64,000 nucleotides of DNA from an uncultured Bacteroidia bacterium. GTDB lineage: Bacteria > Bacteroidota > Bacteroidia > Bacteroidales > UBA932. Below are positions 50,125 through 58,630 of the stretch, piece by piece. Numbering within the stretch: position 1 is the first letter of the stretch; every line of letters begins with the position of its first letter. The translations under genes and the position numbers were made by a program. The notes below the pieces were generated by a model that was not told where the DNA came from, ran no database searches, and was given only the letters and a program-made list of their open reading frames with translations. The DNA is taken from the NCBI GenBank assembly GCA_902780175.1, contig CACZEU010000003.1:8979-72978 (forward strand). Reading direction: 5' to 3'.

Positions 50125-53031
50125 TTAGAAGTTGAGAGTTGCTCCAAGGGAGAGTGTCATGGTCCTGGGATAGTAGCTTGTGCTTTCTATACCCGGAGTG
50201 AGTCCTGTGAGGCTGACCTCGGGGTCCACGCCTTTATAACCGGAGATGCACAGCAGGTTCTGCCCGGCGATGAAGACTTTTCCGCCGTGTATGTACTTGT
50301 TGTGGAACGGGAGGTCATAACTTAGGGAGACGTTGTCAAGCTTCAGGTAGGTCGCATCTTCGATGTACTTGGAAGAGTAACGGATTTCCCCTGTGTAAGC
50401 AGTGTTGTCCAGCCAGCTGGAAAGGATGTTGCGAAGGCCTATCTGGTGCAGGCTCTCATAATTGGCGCGGTAGGAATTGAATACCTTTCCGCCGATGGAG
50501 GCGCGAAGCGTGGCACTCAATGTAAAGGCCCCGTACTTCAGGTTGTTGCTCCATCCAAGCGTGACGTCTGGATAGGCGGAGCCGATCCTGGACCACTTTG
50601 CGGTGGGAACCTTGCCCATGAATTCGTTCTTGAGGACATCGGAGCCGTCGGAACCGACGCTGTCCCAGATGGGGGCGTAGAACGATCCCAGGCTCTCGCC
50701 TTCGATAAGCCTCTGGACGTAGGCTCCGACGGGAGTGGCTATCCAGCCGATCTCGTAGTCCTGGTTCTGGAACTCTTCATTGGTGAACCTGATGAGCTTG
50801 TTTCCGTTATGCGCAGCCACGAGGCTGGTGTTCCATACAAAGTCCCTGGTCTTGACCGGAGTCGCATACAGGGTGAGTTCTATACCGGTGTTGCTGATGG
50901 AGCCGACGTTGGTGAACAGGGTCTTGTAGTCGTACGGGGGCACGGGGACGTTATACTCATAAAGCAGGTCTGTCGTGAGCCGGTAGTAGTAATCGAGATT
51001 ACCGCCCAGCCTTCCTTCAAAGAAGGAGAAGTCCATTCCCACGTTGAATTCGCTCTTGCGCTCCCAGCGTAGCTCGGGATTGGCGTTTGACGCAGGGGCG
51101 TATGAGTTGATCCACTCGCCGTTATAATAGAAACTGGTGCTGGTGGACATGAGCATCAGGGACTTGTAATTGGAGAAGTCCTGATTGCCGGTAACGCCGA
51201 AGCCCGCACGGAGCTTGAGTTCGGAAAGCCACTGGAGGTCCTTCATCCAGGGCTCCTCGCTGATGCGCCAGCCGACGCTTGCGGCAGGGAACCAGCCCCA
51301 TTTGTGGTTTTTGCCAAAGCGGCTGGAGCCGTCGCGGCGGAGCGATACGGAGGCCAGGTATTTCTCCTTGTAGTTCCAGATGGCCCGCCCGAAGAAAGCG
51401 ATGTATCGGCTGGAGGATCGGTTGGTGTACATGTCTGCCAGACCTTCCTTGAGGGCCGTTCCGGCTCCCATGTTGTTGGCTTTGTAGAAGTCGGAATCGA
51501 AGCCGTAGTTCTCCATGTTGGTGCTCCAGCTCATCTGCTCCTGCCAGGTATATCCGAGGACTCCCTGAATGGAGTGGCCTCCGAAGACCCGGGAGTACTG
51601 CAGGGTGCTTTCCCACTGAAGGTTGTCATAGGCATTCCCGGACGAATATGCAACGCCCTTCTTGCCGACGCTGCCGGGATAGAAGGAGGTCTTGTATTCC
51701 TGGCTGAAATACTTCTCGTCGTTGTAACTCAGGAAGTTGTCCCATTTGAGTCCTTCTATGGGCAGGATGTTGAGCGTGGCGCGGACATTTGCGAGCAGAT
51801 TGCTGGTCTCGTTGTTCGCATAGCGCTCATTGATCATGGCCACAGGATTGGAGTAATCGGATTCCGTTAGGGTGAAATAGCCGCCGTCGGCGGTATCTGA
51901 AGGGTCATAGACGGGCTCCGTAGGGTTGCGGGTGAACGCCTGCCGGAAAGCGCCGTAGTTGGCGGGAGTGGACTGGCGTTTCACATAACTGAGGTTGTAT
52001 TCCACATCCAGCCAGCCTTCTATGGCGGTCTGACGTATATTGGTCTTTATAAGGTACTTGGAAGCCTCGTTGCCAATCTGCAGACCCTGGTTTTTCTCCA
52101 GGTTGAGGACGGTTCTGTGTGAGAAGGCCTCCGTTCCTCCGGATACGGCCACGCTATGCTTGTGGCTTATAGGGGTACGGGTGATTTCCTTAAACCAGTC
52201 GGTGTCGTATCCGTAAAGGGAACCGGCTTTTCCGGGCGCATAGTTCTTGATGGTGTACTCGAACTCCTCTGCCGTCATGGGAACGGCCCGGGACTGCACC
52301 GCCTGAACGGAAACCTGGCCGTCGTACTGTACGCTGGTGGTGCCGCTCTTGGCCCTTTTGGTGGTGATGATGATGACGCCGTTGGTTCCTCTCGTGCCGT
52401 AGATGGCCGCTGCGGAACCGTCCTTCAAGACATCCATCGATTCCACTTCCTGGAAGTTGATATTGCGCAGGTCGGCGTCTACGACACCGTCGATGATGAT
52501 GAGGGGGCCCTGTCCTGCGGCGAGGGTGTTGGTGCCTCGCAGGAGGAACTGGTACGATGCGTTAGGGTCGCCGCCGTCGGGGTTGACCACCGTCAGGCCG
52601 GCAACCTTGCCCTGGAGCATGCCTCCGGCGTTGGTAAAGGAGCCGAGGTCCATGTCATCCGACTTGAGGCTGGCGACCGAACCGGTAAGCTCCTTCTTGG
52701 TCGTCTTTCCGTAACCGATAGAGACAGCCTCGTCCAGCATGGTTGCGGCTGACGGCACCATGCTGACGGATACGGTGTCGCTGTCGTTTGTAACGGTGAA
52801 AACAAAGTCGTCATAACCCATGCAGGAAACGGTAACTTCGTCTCCCGTCTTTGCGGTCAGAGTGAAGCGCCCTTCGATATCGGTGACCGCATAGTTCCTG
52901 CCGGCAACGACAGTGGTGCCCGGAAGGGGCTCCCCGGTTTCATCGACAACCTTTCCCTTGATTGTCCTGTTCTGGGCGGAAAGGCTCAGGACCGACATCA
53001 GGGCGAGAATCGTTAAGATGAAATGTCTCAT
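50125..53031 (-). CDS. susC: SusC-family TonB-dependent transporter
   Basis: VLKDGSAAAIYGTRGTNGVIIITTK, RRDGSSRFG, WGWFP, LRWE, terminal Phe. Confidence 0.97.
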   Translation of the reverse strand: MRHFILTILALMSVLSLSAQNRTIKGKVVDETGEPLPGTTVVAGRNYAVTDIEGRFTLTAKTGDEVTVSCMGYDDFVFTVTNDSDTVSVSMVPSAATMLDEAVSIGYGKTTKKELTGSVASLKSDDMDLGSFTNAGGMLQGKVAGLTVVNPDGGDPNASYQFLLRGTNTLAAGQGPLIIIDGVVDADLRNINFQEVESMDVLKDGSAAAIYGTRGTNGVIIITTKRAKSGTTSVQYDGQVSVQAVQSRAVPMTAEEFEYTIKNYAPGKAGSLYGYDTDWFKEITRTPISHKHSVAVSGGTEAFSHRTVLNLEKNQGLQIGNEASKYLIKTNIRQTAIEGWLDVEYNLSYVKRQSTPANYGAFRQAFTRNPTEPVYDPSDTADGGYFTLTESDYSNPVAMINERYANNETSNLLANVRATLNILPIEGLKWDNFLSYNDEKYFSQEYKTSFYPGSVGKKGVAYSSGNAYDNLQWESTLQYSRVFGGHSIQGVLGYTWQEQMSWSTNMENYGFDSDFYKANNMGAGTALKEGLADMYTNRSSSRYIAFFGRAIWNYKEKYLASVSLRRDGSSRFGKNHKWGWFPAASVGWRISEEPWMKDLQWLSELKLRAGFGVTGNQDFSNYKSLMLMSTSTSFYYNGEWINSYAPASNANPELRWERKSEFNVGMDFSFFEGRLGGNLDYYYRLTTDLLYEYNVPVPPYDYKTLFTNVGSISNTGIELTLYATPVKTRDFVWNTSLVAAHNGNKLIRFTNEEFQNQDYEIGWIATPVGAYVQRLIEGESLGSFYAPIWDSVGSDGSDVLKNEFMGKVPTAKWSRIGSAYPDVTLGWSNNLKYGAFTLSATLRASIGGKVFNSYRANYESLHQIGLRNILSSWLDNTAYTGEIRYSSKYIEDATYLKLDNVSLSYDLPFHNKYIHGGKVFIAGQNLLCISGYKGVDPEVSLTGLTPGIESTSYYPRTMTLSLGATLNF

Positions 53032-53032
53032 G

Positions 53033-54046
53033 TTACATTCCGGCTACTACAACGCAGGCAAGGCCTGCGACGAACAGGGCGAACATGAGTGCAAGCAGGG
53101 CGTAGACGTCCTTCTTGGCGCCTTTGAATTCCTTCCAGATGAATACGCCCCAGATTGCGGCAACCATGGGGGCTCCCTGTCCGAGGGCGTAGGAAACGGC
53201 TGCACCGGCTTTGCCTGCGCAGATGTAGTTGAGGGATGTACCAAGGGCCCAGATGCAACCGCCGAGTATGCCGACGAGGTGGGTCTTGAAGTTTCCGGCA
53301 AAGTACTCCTTGTAGCTGACGGGCTCGCCTATGAAGGGCTTCTTCATGACGATGGTGTTGACGATGAAGTTGCTCAGGAAAACACCCAGGGCGAAGATTA
53401 CCATTGCGGTGTAAGGGGTAAGCTTGCCTGCTGCGGGGGCTGAGAAGTTGTTCAGGTCTACACCGTTGTATACCAGGGCAGAGAAGAAGGACATGATGAT
53501 GCCGGCAAGCAGGGCCAGGATGATGCCCTTGCGGTTCTGCTTGGAATCCCTCTGCTCGTTGGATACCCTTCCGGAAGCGATGCCGTTACATATGATGGCT
53601 ACGACGACAAGTGCTACACCCATCCAGAGGAGTGTATTGTTCTGGCCTTCAGTGGGGTGCAGGAGGAGATTGTTGAGCACGCCCATGACCAGCGCGATGC
53701 CCACGCCGAGAGGGAATGCTACAGCCATGCCTGCTATGGATACCGATGCGGAAAGCAGAATGTTGGAAACGTTGAAGACTACGGCGCCAAGCAGCACCCA
53801 GCCGATGCTGGACCAGTCGGCTTGTGCCAGATCCTGGAGGAAAGGACGGCCCTCGGATCCAATGGAACCTGCGGTGAATGCAAGCAGGAGTGAGAAGAGG
53901 ACCATGCCGATGACGTAGTCCCAATAGAAGAGTTCATATCTCCAACTCTTGGCGGCGAGTTTCTGGGTGTTGCCCCAGGAACCCCAGCAGAGCATGGTAA
54001 CAAAGCAGAAAATGACTGCGAGTGTGTAACTTCCGACGATATACAT
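53033..54046 (-). CDS. DMT-superfamily glucose/ribose porter (GRP)-type permease
   Basis: CWGSWGNTQK, ELFYWDY, about 10 TM helices, WGVFIWKEF; directly follows ribokinase. Confidence 0.85.
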   Translation of the reverse strand: MYIVGSYTLAVIFCFVTMLCWGSWGNTQKLAAKSWRYELFYWDYVIGMVLFSLLLAFTAGSIGSEGRPFLQDLAQADWSSIGWVLLGAVVFNVSNILLSASVSIAGMAVAFPLGVGIALVMGVLNNLLLHPTEGQNNTLLWMGVALVVVAIICNGIASGRVSNEQRDSKQNRKGIILALLAGIIMSFFSALVYNGVDLNNFSAPAAGKLTPYTAMVIFALGVFLSNFIVNTIVMKKPFIGEPVSYKEYFAGNFKTHLVGILGGCIWALGTSLNYICAGKAGAAVSYALGQGAPMVAAIWGVFIWKEFKGAKKDVYALLALMFALFVAGLACVVVAGM

Positions 54047-54058
54047 AGCGGTAATGGG

Positions 54059-54964
54059 TTAAATGTTGATTTCTTTACGGTAAGGGATGGAATTCTGCGC
54101 GCCCATCTTCTGGACGGTGAGGGCGGATGCCGCACAGGCGAATTCGGCGGCCTCCTTGAGGGATTTGCCCTCGGAAACGGCGACGCAGAGGGCTCCGCAG
54201 AAGGTGTCTCCCGCTGCGGTGGTGTCTACAGCCTTGACCTTGCGGGCGGGGACCAGGACCGACGGGCCTCCGTCAAGGATGAGGGAGCCTTTGCTGCCCA
54301 TGGTGACGATAAGTTTGCCGACGCCTTTAGCTTGCATCGCTGCGGCCGCCTTTTCTGCGGATGCCACATCGTCTACGGGTATGCCGCTGAAGGTTGAAAG
54401 CTCCGTCTCGTTGGGAATGAAGAGGTCGATGTAACGGAACATCTCCTCGGGGAGAGGGCATGCGGGAGCGGGGTTGAGGACTACCGTGGCGCCTGCCTCG
54501 TGGGCAATCTTTGCCGCTTTGAAGACGGTGGGGATGGGGGTTTCGAGCTGCAGGAGCAGGATGGCGCACTCGCGGAGGTCTTTCGCGCAGGTGTCGATAT
54601 CGGCCTCGGTGAGGTCGCCGTTGGCTCCGGAGGCCACGACTATGCAGTTTTCTGCATTCTGGTCCACGGAGATGAGGGCGACGCCGGACGGCTTGTCGGA
54701 GCGCAGGATGCCGCTCACGTCAAGGCCTTCCTTCTCGTACTGTGCGATTGAATTGTCTCCGAAAATGTCCCTGCCCACCTTGCAGATGAACTTGACATCT
54801 CCGCCCAGACGCTGTGCGGCTACGGCCTGGTTTGCGCCTTTGCCGCCGGCACCCATGGTGAAAACTCCGCCGAGGACCGTCTCTCCGGGGCGGGGGAGTT
54901 CCCTGGTTTTTACTGTCATGTCAGTGTTGCTGCTGCCAATGACAAGGATACCTTTTTTGCTCAT
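54059..54964 (-). CDS. rbsK: Ribokinase
   Basis: GSSNTD, GGKGANQAVAA, LQLE, LNPAP, PNETE, DTTAAGDTF. Start MSKKG at 54964. Confidence 0.95.
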   Translation of the reverse strand: MSKKGILVIGSSNTDMTVKTRELPRPGETVLGGVFTMGAGGKGANQAVAAQRLGGDVKFICKVGRDIFGDNSIAQYEKEGLDVSGILRSDKPSGVALISVDQNAENCIVVASGANGDLTEADIDTCAKDLRECAILLLQLETPIPTVFKAAKIAHEAGATVVLNPAPACPLPEEMFRYIDLFIPNETELSTFSGIPVDDVASAEKAAAAMQAKGVGKLIVTMGSKGSLILDGGPSVLVPARKVKAVDTTAAGDTFCGALCVAVSEGKSLKEAAEFACAASALTVQKMGAQNSIPYRKEINI

Positions 54965-54991
54965 ATACAGTGTAATTAATTGTGCAGTTTT

Positions 54992-55007
54992 GCGCAAACG
55001 ATTGCGC
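54992..55007. promoter_or_regulatory. LacI-family operator O1
   Basis: GCGCAAACGATTGCGC near-palindrome with central CG, just downstream of the minus-strand TATTTTTG box (55026-55019). Confidence 0.8.
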
Positions 55008-55079
55008 TGTGTATAGGGCAAAAATAATAATAAATATTTTATTATCGCACCATTTGTTTTGAAAATTTTAGCAAATCCT

Positions 55080-55105
55080 TACCTTTGCAGCACAAACGAT
55101 TTCGC
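55080..55105 (+). promoter_or_regulatory. Promoter -7 box plus LacI-family operator O2 (autoregulation)
   Basis: TACCTTTG at 55080-55087 with TTTG about 18 nt upstream; GCACAAACGATTTCGC at 55090-55105. Confidence 0.75.
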
Positions 55106-55107
55106 AT

Positions 55108-56121
55108 ATGCTGGAAAAAACTACGCTGGCGGCTATTTCAGAGCGTACCGGATACTCCGTCTCGACGGTGTCCCGCGTGCTCTCCGGTAAGGCTGAAAAA
55201 TACAGGATAAGCCAGTCCGCGGTGGAGAGGGTCACCCGTGAGGCCCGCCGGTGCGGTTACAGGCCCAACCTTGTTGCGCAAAGTTTGCGCACACGCCAGT
55301 CCCAGACCGTAGGCCTGGTCGTGCCGGGTATCGACAACCCCTTTTTCGCCACCCTGTCGAGCATAGTCATCGCCCAGTTGGACGCCCGCGGATACCACAC
55401 GCTCCTTGCCGACTCCCGCGAGTCGGAAGAAGAAGAGCGCCAGGCCCTGGAGATGTTCCAGGACAGGGGAGTGGACGGCATCCTGGCCGTCCCGGTGGCT
55501 TCTTCTCCTGAGTTTCACGAGGAGGTGGGGCAGAATGTCCCGCTCGTACTCATCGACCGTTATTTCGAGAAAACCTCGCTGTCGTACGTGTGTACGGACA
55601 ATTACGCCGGAGCCTATATGGCGGCAAGATATCTGGTGGATAAGGGCTACAGGCGCATACTTGCCATTCAGGGCGTACCGGCCTCGATGCCCAACAGGGA
55701 ACGCGTCCGCGGCTTCCTGGATGCGATAAAGGACCGCGGCGTAGAGAGCCGTGTGGTGGGCGATGCCTTCTCGGTGGAAAACGGCAGCCGGGAGGCCCTG
55801 GCGGCCTTCGCCGGCAACCCCAAGGCATATGACGCGGTCTTCGCCTTCAGCGCCACCATCCTTCTCGGCACGATCTCCGCCCTTCGCAGGCTTGGCCTCA
55901 CGGAAGGGAAAGACATCGGTGTAATCTCCTACGACAACAACGGCTTCCTCGACTTCATGAACCCTCCAGTCTCCCGCGTGGAACAGCCCCTGCGGGAAGC
56001 AGGCGAAATCGCCGTCGATACCTTGTTTTCACTAATGGAAGCCCACCTTTCCGGCCTTCCCCGTCCCGCACCGGTCCAGCAACTTGTCATGCCCACGCTG
56101 GTCATCAGGGAAAGCTGCTAG
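55108..56121 (+). CDS. LacI-family repressor (RbsR-like)
   Basis: TLAAISERTGYSVSTVSRVLSG, YRPNLVAQSL, NPFFA, PLVLIDR. Confidence 0.95.
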   Translation: MLEKTTLAAISERTGYSVSTVSRVLSGKAEKYRISQSAVERVTREARRCGYRPNLVAQSLRTRQSQTVGLVVPGIDNPFFATLSSIVIAQLDARGYHTLLADSRESEEEERQALEMFQDRGVDGILAVPVASSPEFHEEVGQNVPLVLIDRYFEKTSLSYVCTDNYAGAYMAARYLVDKGYRRILAIQGVPASMPNRERVRGFLDAIKDRGVESRVVGDAFSVENGSREALAAFAGNPKAYDAVFAFSATILLGTISALRRLGLTEGKDIGVISYDNNGFLDFMNPPVSRVEQPLREAGEIAVDTLFSLMEAHLSGLPRPAPVQQLVMPTLVIRESC

Positions 56122-56162
56122 CCCTCTGCTGTTTAAATGTCCACCAGCGTGTAGCCTGCCGG

Positions 56163-56465
56163 CTATTCGAATTCGAAAATGGAGACGAAGCCGGTGAGGT
56201 CCAGGACGTCGCGCACGACTTCGTTTACATTCTTCAGGACTACGCGGGAGCCCACTTCCTTGGCGTCCTTGAGGATGCCGAGGAGGAGGCGGAGGCCGCT
56301 GGACGCTATGTATTCCAACTCCGTGCAGTCAATCACAATGTCCTTGCCCTTGCTTTCCAGAAGGGGCTGGAGGTCTGTCTGCGCCTGGGGCGCGGCGGCG
56401 GTGTCGAGTTCTCCTGAGAGGGTGGCGACAATCTTGCCGTCAATTTCCTGAATCGTTGTTTTCAT
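56163..56465 (-). CDS. STAS-domain anti-sigma-factor antagonist
   Basis: GELDT, LEYIASSGLRLLL with phospho-acceptor Ser, LDLTGF. Confidence 0.92.
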   Translation of the reverse strand: MKTTIQEIDGKIVATLSGELDTAAAPQAQTDLQPLLESKGKDIVIDCTELEYIASSGLRLLLGILKDAKEVGSRVVLKNVNEVVRDVLDLTGFVSIFEFE

Positions 56466-58564
56466 ATTATCGATTTGGTAAGTGTCAATACGTTCATGGT
56501 GCCTTTCCGGCAGTAGGACACGGAGTCCATCAGCTTGCGCGTGAGGTGGATTCCGAGGCCTCCTATGGGCCTGTTCTGCGCGTCCAGGGTGGTGTCGGCG
56601 GACAGTACGGTGGTGGGGTCGAAAGGCCAGCCGGAGTCCACGACGGTGAACCGCACTTCGCGGCGGTTGCTGTCGGCATATACGGTGATTTCTCCGGTCT
56701 CTCCGGCGGGATAGGCGTAATTCATTGCGTTCACGACGGACTCCTCCAGGGCCAGCCGCAGGGACGAGGCGGCCTTATGGTCCAGTTCCAGGCGGCCGCA
56801 GAAGTCTTTTACGAATGCGCTCAGCCGTTCGACGTCGGCGGTGTCGTTCGACAGGGTTATCCTGTCCTGCAGCAGTTCTCCCGGCTCGTATTTGACCAGC
56901 AGCATCGTGAGGTCGTCGCTCTGGGGAGCCTGCCCGGAGTAGCTGTGGGCGGCCTGGCTGAGGGACTGGACTGTCTTCTCAGGCGTCATGCCGGCGTCGG
57001 CAATGCAGCCGTCAAGGAGCTCCCGGACGCGGTCCCGGCCGAAGTTCTTGCGGTTCTGGTCCTTGGCTTCCGTGAGGCCGTCTGTATAGAGCAGGAGGGC
57101 GTCGCCGGGCGACAGGGTGCATTCCTGCTCCTCGAACGCGGTGCCGGGGAAGACTCCCAGCGGAAGGTTGGCCTTGACGGGCAGCACGCTGGCTGACTGA
57201 GTTATCAGGAAGGGCTTGTCGTGGCCTGCATTGGCGAAATGGAGCTTGCCGGTGTACAGGTCGAGGCATCCGGCGAAGAAGGTCACGAACATGTTGCTCT
57301 CGTTGTCCCGGCAGAGGTTTTCATTGAGCGCCCGCAATATGAAGGATGGACTCTCCATCTTTGCGGAAATCGTCCGGAAAAGGGAGTGGATGACGGACAT
57401 GAGCATCGCGGAAGGCACGCCCTTGCCGCTGACGTCGCCGATGCAGAAGAACAGCTTGCCGTCGCGGATGTAGTAGTCGTACAGGTCTCCGCCGACCTCG
57501 AGGGCGGGCTCCAGCGTGCCGTAGACGCCGTCCACGCGGGTCCGGGGAAGCATTTCCTGCTGGATCTTGCGCGCCACTTCCAGTTCGCCGGCGATACGGG
57601 CCTGCTCGGCCGTGGTCTCCCGCAGGCGTTTCTCGTTCCTGGCGTAGCGGTTGATCATGAATGCCAGGATGGCGAGGCCCAGCAGGACCATTAGGAGGTT
57701 CTGGAGGCGTATCTTGCGTATTCTGGCAAACACTTCCTCCGTGCTGTAAACCCTCGCCAGCTGCCAGTAGGGAGGACGGTTGAGGTTGGTCGTCTGTATG
57801 AGCTTGCCCTTGACCATGGATTCGGGGGCATTGCCGTTGATGATATCGACAATCAGGTCCACCTCGGCCTCGGGCACCTTGCTTTCCGGGGGGCCGGCCA
57901 CCAGTTCTCCTTCCTTGGTAAGCAGGAGTCCGTAAGTGGATTTGAAATGGTGCCGGCTGTTCAGGGTGTCGCCGAGCCACGACAGGTCGATGTCGAGTCC
58001 GCAGACGGCCGCAAGGCTGTCCGCATCGTCGAAGACGGGGAAAGAATAAGTTGCGAGCCGTATGGAGTCGGCGCCGAAGTAATACGGGTCCGACCACTCC
58101 GGAATAAGGCTTGCGGTCACGCGCTGGTAGGCGTTGTTCTTCGTATAGTCGTGGTCGGGCCCGGCTATCTGCTCGAGCACGATCTTGCCGCCATCCTTGT
58201 GCCCGTAAGGCTCGAACAGGCGGCCCTTCGACGGATAATAATGGGGAACGAAGGCAAGGCAGCCGCCGACGACGTGGGGGTTGTCGTCGATCAGCAGGCG
58301 GACGCTCGTGAACGCCGAATCGGGATAGGGGAGGTTTTCGACAATCTCCCAAAGGTTCTCCCTCATCGTGGTTTCGGTGAGTTCGAGGGTGTGGGCGATG
58401 TCGTTTGCGACAGAATTCAGTATGACCCGGGACCGGACACTCATCTCCTCGTCCATCAGCCTCCTGGTGCGCTGGTACTGGACGACGGAAATAATCTCCA
58501 CCATAATGGCGGCGATCACGACGATGCCGATACGCGACATCCAGCTTCTCTTCGAATTGTCCAT
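56462..58564 (-). CDS. dCache sensor - SpoIIE/PP2C phosphatase - RsbW-type HATPase fusion
   Basis: Two TM helices around a Cache-like region (WSDPYY); EVGGDLYD, GDVSGKG, NAGH, YTDGLTEA, SDDLT; then LEESVVNAMNYAY, DSGWPFDP, GGLGI. Confidence 0.9.
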   Translation of the reverse strand: MDNSKRSWMSRIGIVVIAAIMVEIISVVQYQRTRRLMDEEMSVRSRVILNSVANDIAHTLELTETTMRENLWEIVENLPYPDSAFTSVRLLIDDNPHVVGGCLAFVPHYYPSKGRLFEPYGHKDGGKIVLEQIAGPDHDYTKNNAYQRVTASLIPEWSDPYYFGADSIRLATYSFPVFDDADSLAAVCGLDIDLSWLGDTLNSRHHFKSTYGLLLTKEGELVAGPPESKVPEAEVDLIVDIINGNAPESMVKGKLIQTTNLNRPPYWQLARVYSTEEVFARIRKIRLQNLLMVLLGLAILAFMINRYARNEKRLRETTAEQARIAGELEVARKIQQEMLPRTRVDGVYGTLEPALEVGGDLYDYYIRDGKLFFCIGDVSGKGVPSAMLMSVIHSLFRTISAKMESPSFILRALNENLCRDNESNMFVTFFAGCLDLYTGKLHFANAGHDKPFLITQSASVLPVKANLPLGVFPGTAFEEQECTLSPGDALLLYTDGLTEAKDQNRKNFGRDRVRELLDGCIADAGMTPEKTVQSLSQAAHSYSGQAPQSDDLTMLLVKYEPGELLQDRITLSNDTADVERLSAFVKDFCGRLELDHKAASSLRLALEESVVNAMNYAYPAGETGEITVYADSNRREVRFTVVDSGWPFDPTTVLSADTTLDAQNRPIGGLGIHLTRKLMDSVSYCRKGTMNVLTLTKSII

Positions 58565-58568
58565 CAGG

Positions 58569-58606
58569 CAAAGATAATCATTAAACCAAAAATTCCATTA
58601 ACTTTG
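58569..58606. promoter_or_regulatory. Divergent -7 boxes for the phosphatase/STAS operon and the NRPS
   Basis: TATCTTTG on minus (58576-58569) and TAACTTTG on plus (58599-58606) in a 66-bp gap. Confidence 0.7.
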
Positions 58607-58630
58607 TAGGAATAACACTGGATCGAGCCT

